The position numbers were made by a program, and so were the translations under genes. A model generated the notes under the pieces. That model worked only from the letters and a program-made list of their open reading frames with translations, searched no databases and was not told where the DNA came from. A stretch of 64,000 bases of DNA, from assembly GCA_013239625.1 (NCBI GenBank), contig MU053881.1:15182373-15246372 (forward strand), in the 5' to 3' direction. This DNA is from Lama guanicoe. Taxonomy: Eukaryota. Shown here piece by piece: positions 26,041 to 36,700 of the stretch. The first letter of the stretch is position 1. Every line of letters begins with the position of its first letter.

Positions 26041-26156
26041 GAGTGCCGCCTGGGAGAGGTGCAGTCTCCCCGGGGACCGACCGAAGTCGGCTTGGCCCGG
26101 CCAGCTCTCAGGTCCCCGCTGACCTCTTGGCAACCTCGTGCCTCCAGCTCGCCGCG

Positions 26157-29114
26157 ATGGAGGCCGCAGCCGAGTTCGTGGTCGAGAGCCCCGACGTAGT
26201 CTACAGCCCCGAGGCCATCGAGGCGCAATATGAGTACAGGACGACGTGCGTCAGCCGCGAGGGCGGCGTCCTCAAGGTAGGCGAGGGACCGAGTGGACCG
26301 TGGGGCTGGGGGAACCAGGGAGGCGGGAGGGAGCGGCAATTGCCCAACGTCTGCGACGCCCTCCCTGCAGCGAGGGGGGAGGGGCCTGTGGTCCCCAGCT
26401 CACCGCGGCGCCTGCCCCCAGGTGCACCCCACGTCCACGCGCTTCACCTTCCGGACCTCCCGGCAAGTGCCCCGACTCGGGGTCATGCTCGTCGGCTGGG
26501 GCGGGAACAACGGCTCCACGCTGACCGCTGCCGTGCTGGCCAACCGACTGCGCCTGTCTTGGCCCACGCGCACCGGCCGCAAGGTGGGAGGTCCGGCGGG
26601 GCTCGGTGGAAGAGAGGGCCTCGCAGGAATCCACGCGGGGAGGGGCTCTACGGAGGAGAGGGTCCGCAGGGGGCGGGGCTCCTGGCTGCGGGCGGGCTCC
26701 TGGGAGGGGCTTCCATGGGGAGGCGGGGACTCCTTAGGGGTCTTACGGGGGCGGAGCCTAAGGTGTGGGGGAACTTCTGGATGGGACCTATGGAGGAGCT
26801 GCTTCCTGTCCTGGCTTGGAGCACTCTGCTGAAGCGCCTTTAACAGTAAGGCGGAGTTTAAGGGTGCTGGGCCGGGGCCCTTGCCGGCTCATAGCCCTCC
26901 CCATGTCACACCCACCCTTCACTCGGCCCCATCTTCCGCACCGCCCCCCAGGAGGCCAACTACTACGGCTCGCTGACGCAGGCGGGCACCGTTAGCTTGG
27001 GCCTGGACGCCGAGGGCCAGGAGGTGTTCGTGCCCTTCAACGCGCTGCTGCCCATGGTGGCGCCCGACGACCTGGTGTTCGACGGTGGGCGGGGCCCTGG
27101 GCCGGGGGTAGGGTGGGAGGCGGGACATGGAGGGGCCCAGGCAGCGGGCCGGGCCGAGCTTGAGGGTCCCCTCTAGGCTGGGACATATCGTCGCTGAACC
27201 TGGCGGAGGCTATGCGGCGCGCGCAGGTACTGGATTGGGGGCTGCAGGAGCAGCTGTGGCCGCACATGGAGGCCCTGCGCCCACGGCCTTCTGTCTACAT
27301 CCCGGAGTTCATCGCAGCTAACCAGAGTGCGCGCGCCGACAACCTCATTCAGGGCACGCGCGCACAGCAGGTGCTGCCCCTCCCTGCACCCCTTTTATCC
27401 CCTGCCACTTGTTCTCCCCCGCCATTTTTGTCCCCCCGGCCACCTGTTCTCCCGTCTTTATCCCCATGCTCCCATCCTGAGGGGTCAGGCCCTACTTTGC
27501 ACTTAGGGAACTGAATAGCCCAGGCTTTCACAGGTCGGGGGAGCCTGTACAACCTCCCTCTTCTGCCCTCTTCCCCCAACCCCTAGCTGGAGCAGATCCG
27601 TAGGGACATCCGTGACTTCCGGTCCAGCGCCGGGCTGGACAAAGTCATCGTGCTGTGGACAGCAAACACGGAGCGCTTCTGTGAAGTGGTCCCGGGCCTT
27701 AATGACACTGCTGAGAACCTGCTGCGCACCATCCAGGTGGGTGCGCCCAGGAATGGGGTTGGGTGGGGTCAGGGCCAGCCCCCAAGCTCTGCGCTGACTG
27801 CCCGCCTGTTTCCGCAGCTGGGTCTGGAGGTGTCGCCCTCCACACTCTTTGCCGTGGCCAGCATCTTGGAGGGCTGTGCCTTCCTCAATGGGTCCCCACA
27901 GAACACGCTGGTGCCTGGTGCTCTCGAGCTGGCGTGGCAGCGCCGCGTCTTTGTGGGTGGAGATGACTTTAAGTCAGGCCAGACCAAAGTCAAGTCTGTG
28001 CTCGTTGATTTCCTTATCGGCTCCGGCCTCAAGGTGCGTGGACATGAGGGGCTGCTCAGCTCAGAATGGGGGTCCTGGGCCACGAGGGCTGGGCTTGTGC
28101 ATTGCAGAGTCTGCAGCTGCTACAGGTCCTCTTGTCCCCCTAGACCATGTCCATCGTGAGCTATAACCATTTGGGCAACAACGACGGGCAGAACCTGTCG
28201 GCGCCGCCACAATTCCGGTCTAAGGAGGTGTCCAAGAGCAGTGTGGTGGACGACATGGTGCAGAGCAACCCAGTGCTCTACGCGCCCGGCGAGGAGCCGG
28301 ACCACTGCGTGCGTGGGGCGCAGGCGCAGCAGAAGGGGTGGGAGGCGTCCCCAACACAGAAAGGCAGGGACCTGTGTGACTTCATGCTGTCTCCCAGGTG
28401 GTCATCAAGTACGTGCCATACGTGGGTGACAGCAAGCGCGCACTGGATGAGTACACATCGGAGCTGATGCTAGGCGGTACCAACACACTGGTGCTGCACA
28501 ACACGTGCGAGGTGCGGGGCAAGAAGGGACAGGAGTGGGGCTGCCCATCAGCCTGGCCTGGCTCCTGACTCGTTGGCCCTGCAGGACTCACTCCTGGCCG
28601 CGCCCATCATGCTGGACCTGGCTCTGCTGACCGAACTATGCCAGCGGGTGACCTTCTGCACCGACATCGACCCAGAGCCGCAGAGCTTCCACCCGGTGCT
28701 GTCACTACTGGGCTTCCTCTTCAAGGCGCCGCTTGCGCCGCCGGGCAGCCCTGTGGTCAACGCGCTCTTCCGCCAGCGCAGCTGCATTGAGAACATCCTC
28801 AGGTGTGCCCCGGCCTTGGGGATCCCCATCCATGGCCCAGATGTCCACTGGCAGGGCTGCGCAGGGCACCAGTCTTGGGGTCTGGCCCTGCTGAGCCCTG
28901 ACCCTCCCCCAGGGCCTGCGTGGGGCTCCCGCCACAGAACCACATGCTTCTGGAGCACAAGATGGAGCGCCCTGGCCTCAAGCGAGTTGGGCTTGTGGCC
29001 ACTGCCTGCCCTGTTCCTTGCAAGAAAGGATCAGCACCAACCGCCCCCAACGGCTGTACTGGTGATGCCAATGGGCACTCGCAGGCTGAGGCACCCCAGA
29101 TGCCCACCACCTAA
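26157..29114 (+). CDS. ISYNA1: Inositol-3-phosphate synthase 1 (myo-inositol-1-phosphate synthase), 557 aa
   Basis: Coding exons: 26157-26276, 26422-26583, 26952-27084, 27177-27370, 27587-27736, 27818-28033, 28144-28308, 28398-28511, 28585-28802, 28913-29114. Total 1674 nt, all GT-AG. MIPS signature motifs are present: [33 protein letters not shown]. Confidence 0.98.
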
Positions 29115-29193
29115 GGCCAAGGCCATACAACTTCCCCATATCTCCTGCCCCCTTTGCTCCTCAGGACCCGACCCTTCCAGGCCTCCCAAAGAC

Positions 29194-29199
29194 AATAAA
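29194..29199 (+). terminator. ISYNA1 polyadenylation signal
   Basis: AATAAA about 80 nt after the TAA stop. Confidence 0.85.
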
Positions 29200-29469
29200 G
29201 TCAGTGCCACTATCAGCCATGCCTGTGGATTCTTAGCGCCTGCGACCTAACCCTACCCCGGCAACTCTAGCCCCATCTGTTTTTCACCAGGTAGACACCT
29301 ACCTACCCTAAAAACTCGTCCCAACCCTCAACAGTTTCCAGAACCCCGTGGGGCCTCTGCCTAACCTCAACCTTTGAAGGTGCGGCTGAGACCCCAAGGT
29401 GCAGGTTGTCGCTGCAAGCCAAAGTGAAGAAGTACAAGACCAGATACCAAAAACCAAAATCAAGTTACG

Positions 29470-29475
29470 TTTATT
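29470..29475 (-). terminator. SSBP4 polyadenylation signal
   Basis: tttatt on + (AATAAA on -), about 305 nt past the TGA, followed on the minus strand by T/GT-rich sequence (ttgattttggtttttggt). Confidence 0.85.
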
Positions 29476-29759
29476 GATGGGGCCCACCCCTGCTGTCCAA
29501 AGGAAAGGAGGTCCCCAAGGAGCCCCCCTAGACAAAACAGAAATGACCGGAAGGGCCCATACAGGAAAGAACATCTCTGAGGTCCTTGGGTTTTTTATAA
29601 AATGAATGAGTCCTTCTCGCGGGGCCTCCCAGCCATCCAAGCTTTGACCAGGAGTCCAGTTGCCCGAGGTGCGACCTCAGACCCTCACCCTGTGGACTAC
29701 CCGAGCCCCTGGACCTTGGCCCTGGGCAGGGGCGCTGGGCAGAAGCCAGGGCGGCAGTG

Positions 29760-30780
29760 GGCAAGGGGCTGCGGCCCCATCACACGCTCATGGTCATCCC
29801 GGGGGAGTACTGCGGAAAGACGAGGGGGTGGCGCGCGGGGGCCGGCTCAGTTCCGGCCTAGGCTGGGACCCGCCCCCCCGGGGTGGAATGGGGAACATGG
29901 CGGTGTGGATATGGAAAGGAAAGGGGTCGGGTGGCATTGGGTGGCAATGCAATGCGTGGGGAGGCCGCGGGTCCCAGGGTTGGGGATGGGATAGGGGCGG
30001 GGCGGTGAGATAGGGTGGGCGTGAGGAGGAGAGAGGGGGAAGGGAAGGATGCCGCGGCCGCCCCCCCACCTGGCCCGCCGCGGTCACGGTCTTGCTCTGG
30101 CCCCCCGGCCGCCCCGCCGGGGTCTGCCCGCCAGGCCCCTCCGGCCCGACGCCGCCGCGGGGGGGGAGTCGACGCAGTCGCTTACGCTTTCGCTCGGGAA
30201 CGGGTGCAGGAAGGTCCCGGCGGCCGCCATCTCGCTGTCGTCCCGCGGGGTGCCCGGGGTGTTGCTCAGGCCGGCCACGGCGCCGGGGGAGCTCTGGGGG
30301 CGGCCGCCGTGAGCGCGGAGCGCCCCGCCGCCCAACCCGGACTAGGCCTCTCCACGCGGGCCCGCCCCCCGCCCCGCGCCGGAGAGCGGCCCCCTCACCT
30401 TCGGCAACCCGTCCAGATCGCCCGAGCCTGCGGACCGACAGAAAGCGGACACGCGGCTCAGACGCGCCGGCGCCACGGAGCCGGCTACACCAACCCCCTT
30501 CCCGAGGCCGCGCACCCTCCCTTGGCCCAGTCCACTGGGGCGCCGCTGGGGGTTCCGGGCGGAGGGCCCAGATTGAGGGTTGGGGGTGGTCAGTGCAGGC
30601 AGTCTGGCCTCCCCACTATTTCGTTACTGGACCCTCCTCCTCCCAGCGCAGCCCAAGTCACTGGGCTGCCCAGGGAGCTCAGGGTGCGCCCCCAATGCCC
30701 GCACGGCACACAGGCGGAGGGGCTGGAAGCCGCCAGGGGGCGCACGTGGCTCGCGAAGCAGCGGGTGGGGGTAGGGGTGG
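29760..30780. other. CpG island over the 3' exons of SSBP4
   Basis: Very high GC and CpG density across the last three exons and their introns. Confidence 0.75.
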
Positions 30781-33700
30781 GGGGTGTGTCCATCTAGGGA
30801 CACCCACTCACCCAGGGATCCGTTGACATGGTGAGGCTCCATCGCACTCATGGCGGCCATGGGGCCCTCCGGACCAGGGCCGAGAGGGAACTGTAGGCAT
30901 AGGGGCAGCGTGGGACTAGGGCCACCATCTCCCATCCCTCACCCTAGGGGTCATCGCCTCCCACCCAGAAAGTCCCCACTTACATTAGCCCTGCCGGCCC
31001 CCGGCCCGATGGGGTTCATGATGGTGTACATGTTCTCACTGGAGTTGGTGGAGTCTGGGGCGCACATGAAGGGGGTGGGGTGTGAGGGGGCCTCATTAGA
31101 GAACACCCCTCCCTATGCCCGGCCAGACCATCGTACCTCCAGGGCTGGGCATGATGGGTGTGCCAGGAGGCCCACCTCCTCCTGGGGGTCCCTGCACACA
31201 GAGGGAGACAGAGAAGGTGAGAAAGGCTCCCCATCTGCCACCCCACAATCCCTGCCCCCAGGTCGAGTTGCCCAGTGTTGGCCTCACTCACCGAGTAGCT
31301 GCCAGGGGAGGAGGAGGAGTAGGGGATCTGGGGAGAGGAGCAGCTGTGAGCAGTTGCCCCATACCACAGCACATTCTCCTAACCACCCACCCCATCCCAA
31401 CACTCACCGAGTTGCCACTGGGGCTGGCCCACGGGCCACGCACCCCGGGTCCCCTGGAAGAGACAGTGGTAGACCCTGGGTCTTAAGCCAGGCAGTACAC
31501 CCCCCAACCCCATGCCCCTAGAGCAGATGTTGGCTGAGAAGTAACCATGTAGGGATTCCAGGCCTGCCTTCAAATCCCAACCCATCACTCACTGGCCTCT
31601 AAGCCTTAGTCTCTCCACCCAAGAGTGGAGTAAACAATATCTGGGGCTGTTGTTGGCTTTTGGGTCTGCCCCAGCATACCCAGCCCAGGAAGCTGGGTGA
31701 TGGCTCACGTGGGTACACCCCCAAGGGTCCCTGAGGGCCTTACATGCTCATGGCGGGCAAACCCGGGCCAGCAAGAGAGTTGGGTGGGGGCCGCATGCCA
31801 CCTCCGTAGCTCTGTGAAGGCACAAGGGCTATGAGTGACGGCCAAGAGAGGGCAGCCCCTCAAGCTCCCCTTCCCCCTGGACCCTGCTCTTACCTGGGGC
31901 CCAACGCTGGTCATGCCCCGTGGAGGTGTCACCCTCTGCAGTGGGCCCATGCTCGAGTGCCCTGAGGACAGAAGGAGGGCTCAGGCTGGGCCCATTCCCA
32001 TGTGAACATGCACTGTGGTGGTGGGGGGTGTTCCTGTGCAGTGAGGCAGCAGGAAACTGGAACTGGGGTCCTGATGGGTTTGGGGGGACAGCAGCTGGAG
32101 CTTCCCTACTCACCCTGAGCACGCGGGGAGGGGTCCATGGTGCCAGGGAGGAGGGGCTGGGAGCCAGGGAGGCCCACGGGAGGCTGCAGAGGGGACGTGA
32201 CAGCATTAAGTGTGGGTGCCCCTACTCTGGCCCAACTCCTGCCCACCCTCCCCTCATCCCTCTCTCACCTGACTCGGCATCCGCAGGGTGGGCCGGGGGC
32301 CCCCTGGGAACCGCGGTGACATGAAGGGCTGGAAGAGGTGGGCCGGAGATCAGCACCTCCCCCCACCTGCTCACCCTCCAAAGCTACCCAGTTCCTGCTA
32401 TGCCCAGTCCCCTAGCCTGGATACCCCTTGCTCCAGGACCAGCCAGTAAACCTCAGCCAGCTGGCACCTGGGTGTGTGGGAGCATGGGACAGCAATGGGA
32501 CTGGGTGGGGCAGTGACTGTTTAAGGGGGAGGGACATCACAGGTCCTTACCTGAATGTGAGGCCCTATCATAGGGGTGTTGGGGTTGTGGGGGGAAGGCT
32601 GGGAGCCCGGAGGACAGAACCATGTGGGTTGGTAAGAGTGAGGTCACCCGAAGCTCCACAGTTTGCTGTGGCTCTGCTGAGCCTGGCCAGGAAGGGGAGG
32701 GGACAGGAGACCGTGGAGGCGGGTGAGTAGGCCAACTAGCCCTGCCCCACAGCCTGGAGTGGGAAGTGTGGTCAGCCCTAAGGGTAGAGTCATGGGAAGG
32801 GTCATGGGCGGGACCCATGGCTCAGAGAGCCACGTTCTGTGGCTGCTGGCACCCTGACACACACAGGTCAAGTGCACAAAGACCCTGCCCTCTCCTGCGC
32901 TAGGGCCCAGCCCATGCAGCCCCTCCCTTGCTGGTTCTACCAAGGCTGGCATGTGCACACCCACTCACCCTGGCAGAGCCCCTGCCTGTCACCCTACGGA
33001 CACAAGCCCACCCAGGTCGGGGACAGGGACCCCAGCTCTGGTTGTACCTGGAAGAAGCCGGGTGCCATGGGGCCTGATGCCATTGCATCATTGGGGGCCA
33101 TGCTCCCCATCACTGGGCTGGGAGCCGCTGCAGCGCTCTGCAGGGGTTGGGGAGATGGCAAGAGCCAAGTCAGGTCACTCCCTGCCTGTGTCTCCTCTCC
33201 CCAAGCAGTCTGGCCCCAAGGAATGACGAACCCGAGCCATCTCTACTTATGGGAGGATGTCTGGGCTCCAGGGGCACAGTGGATGGCAGGAGCTCTAGGT
33301 GAGGGAAGAGCCTCTGCCCCTGTCCCCACCCAGGTTTAGCAACCAGATGTGCTGGGTGGCCTTCAGCAAGGGCTCTGCCTCCTGTGGCACCTGAGACCCT
33401 GGAGGTGGTCAGAGCCCAGAATTGCTGAGCCCACAGCCCAGGGAGGAGGCCAGGGATCCCAGTCCCCAGTTAGTCCCCAGCCGGAGGACTCTGGGGGTCT
33501 GAAAATGCCATCCACCCAGGACTCCAGCGTGTGCCTCATCCTTCTAACACAGGCTTGTTCTTTCGGTCTGAATCTAACTGCAGATGGGTGGAGGCACAGT
33601 CCCCCATTCCCTGCCCATCCCAACCAGCCAAGTCCTCCTGGCTAGCGAGGCAGCTTAGCTGGGCCCCCAAGACACCTCAAATAAACCGACAAAAAACAAA

Positions 33701-36700
33701 ATCAATGGGCAGCTTCAAGATGAACCTCCCTCTCAGAGGGCTCTTCCTTGGAGCTACTGTGCAGACCACTTCCCCCTCCTCCTCCAGTAGGGAAGGGAAG
33801 GAAACAGAATTCTGGAGTGGGGTCTCCAAGCCCCCAACCTCTTTTCAGATGGAAGTGGAGAGACTGGGTGCTTGAGAGGGGAGTTCCTGTATCTGCCAGG
33901 GGCAGAGATGCTGGTGGCAGGCCCAGAGTTGGCATGGGGACAGCTGACAGGCCACTTCCTCTGGTCAGTTCCAAGTCCCAGGCTTGTCTGCCTGTGGGGC
34001 CCACAGAGCAGGGGGAAGGGGGTGGGTGGGAATCTAGTCTGCAGGGCAGAGGGGACACATCCAAGGATAGGGAAGGGGAAGACACTGCAGGCACTGAGGA
34101 GAGAGCACTTCTCTTGGGGTCCCTTGACTCTTGTCTGTGCATCATCCCCCCTTCCCCTCCGAGGCCAGACCCCAAGAGGAAGGGGATGGTCTGTCTGGGT
34201 CACTGCCCCTGTCTGTGTCACACAGGGACACTCAGGAATTTGTGGGACTGCAGGCACTTGGGCTCAGAGGGGTTAAGCACTTTTCCCATGGTTACACAGC
34301 ACATCTTGCCCTACAGGAGCAGGAAAGGGGCCCCTTGGCTGGGTCAGAGCAGGGCCCCTGGAGACACACCCCTCCCTTTGGGGGCCGTAGCCTGCCCTCC
34401 TTCCTCCTCCTTCTCAAAGGTCAGCCTCTAAAGGATTTCTGCCCTGGCCCCAAGCTGGGAGGGTATCAGTGGGAGCACTCCCAGGGCGCAGCACAAATCA
34501 TTTGAAAGCCCAAGTGACCCTGTGTGTGGAGGGACAAAGCTCTCACCCCCTCTCCAAACTGCTGAGTTACCCGAGCCGGGCCTCCACCTCACCTTGTCCC
34601 ACAAACAGCCCGATGGCCTAGAGCAGTTCTGCGTCTGCCTCAGTGACTGGAGGGGGGTCAGCTCTGAGCTCTGGGCCTGTCCAGCCGCCTCCACCTCATG
34701 CCTCATGGTGGGGGCAGGAGGGCAGCCCGGCTTTTTGAGCCACAGCAGGCGCCAGAGCATTTCCTGGTCAGGGAGGGCGGAGGTAGGGGCAGCTGCGCCC
34801 GACTCCCGACCATGAGGTGTGGAGGCGGGGAGAAAATAAGGCACCCCTCACCCCCTGCGGCTCCCCAACCCTTGAAGGGTTAATCCAGGGCAGGACAGCC
34901 CACCCTCCCGGGCAAGTGGCCCAAGCTGGACCCCCCAAGTCAATCATCTACCCAGAGGCGCCAGCCCGGCCCCACGTTGCCAAGACAACGGGCTGGGTGC
35001 GCTTTAGTTTCCTGGCGACGCGGAGGTCGGCCCCCAGCCCAGAGGCGCTGATGGAGCCCGCCACCAAGGGCGGGAGGAGGACGCCCCTCACCCCGCCTGC
35101 CAGTCCCAGTTAGCACAGAGGCGGGGCAGAACGTGCAGCGGCTGCAGCCTGAGGACACAGAGACCCTGCCACCCCAGGGCCTGGGCGCCACTCCCCTTCC
35201 CCTAACGCTGCGCCGCAGCTCTGGTAACCAGCGCGCGCCCCCGGGAAGCGCGCTCACTCCGGCGCGAGACCGCACAGCAAAGAAGACGACGCGGTTTGTG
35301 CTCCCTGGAGGAGCTAGGCTGGGGCAGGGGAGGGGCGAAGCCAGCGGCGGAGATGGAAGGGGGGACTGCAGCAGCCCGGAAGAGGGAACAGAGCCCAGGG
35401 GACCCTGGAGACGGGCAGCGAGGAGCTGGGGCTAGACTGGGGAGAGCCGGGCCCACGCGGAGTCACGCACGGACACAGCTCCGGACATATCTATGGCCCC
35501 AGTTCTGGCGGGACCGCAACGTGAAGAGTGGGACCCGATGGGGACGACCAGCAGTGACCTCGGCGGCTCCCATAAACGAGCATACAGCATGCATGGGGCG
35601 TCTTCAGGGACATGGTGAACCCCCAGACTTATCCAGCTGCACCCTGGCCCTGTAGAGGTCTGCACCCCTGCACAGGGGACCTCTCTGCTGGGAGGCAGTG
35701 AGTGGTGTGGGACCCTGGCCAACTGCAGAGAGAGAGAGGTGGGGACAGCGGAGACCTGGGAGGCCCAGAGGGGCCCAGCAGGCGGATGACTCAGGATGTG
35801 AAGGCGCCAGCTGCAGGAGAGTGGGTGCACAGGGAGGAGGGGGCTGGGCAGAGGGGTCTCCCCCGGAAGCCAGCTAAGCCACTGCTTCCCCCTCAGGCCC
35901 ACAGCCCAGGGCTCCAGAGCCCTCCCTCATCTGCTGGAGACCTCTCTGGGGCCAGGTGGCCAAAACCCCCAGGCCAGGGCGAAGAGGATAAAGGCAGGGG
36001 CCTGCCATCTGCTCCCCTATGACAACTAGGTGCCGCCTGCCCCCTCATGTTACCCACCCTCCTCTCCAGACAGGCCTCTGACTCCCACTCAGCCTGCAGG
36101 GAAAGAGGTGAAGCCGGCAGCCCCAGTCACCAAGCAAGGTTGGGAGGTTTGCCAAGTGCTCCCGGGTGCATGGGCAGTTAGCCAACCCTCACCAGCCCTG
36201 CCTAGGCTCCCACCTCAGAAGGCTCAGAAAGGCTGGGGTGGTAGGGGACAAGCAGTAGTGGCCGCCCAGCCGGGTCCCACATACACAGAGCTGGGCAGAC
36301 AGGGAGGCAGGAGCTGGGGTTCAGTCTTCCCCGGTTCCACATGGGGTTCAGTGAGGAGGAGCAAAGGAGAGGCTGACCTCAGGAGGGCTTGAGGTTTTGG
36401 GGGACCCTCAGGAGCTGGGTGCACTAGAATGAGATGCCCCCACCCTGTGAGTGACCCTGGACCAAATGAGGAGCAGAAGGACCCCACAGCCAGGCTGACC
36501 TGCCCACCCAAGCCAGCTTCAGGCCAGGCAGCCTCCCAAGGCCACAGGCCCCCCACCCAGACCTAGAAGCCCTGGTCCCAGTCCCTGGGGTGGGGACTCA
36601 CATAGTCCTGGAAGGCCTTGGCTTCACTCGAGTGCTCGCATGCCTCTCTGCGGTCAGGCGCTGCACAGTACAAGTCCCAGAACACGCTGTGGGCGGCAGG

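Noticed and set aside
26043..26156. Apparent N-terminal extension of ISYNA1 in the 266-aa ORF
   Set aside because: It starts at a GTG inside intron 1, and the ORF later runs through introns. The true start is ATG 26157.
30015..30826. Long + strand ORFs (260 aa, 244 aa) antisense to the SSBP4 3' end
   Set aside because: Stop-poor CpG island giving low-complexity Arg/Pro/Gly translations with non-ATG starts and no recognisable domain.
33702..34431. Overlapping 130-230 aa ORFs in SSBP4 intron 4
   Set aside because: No recognisable homology or splice structure; expected by chance at this GC content.
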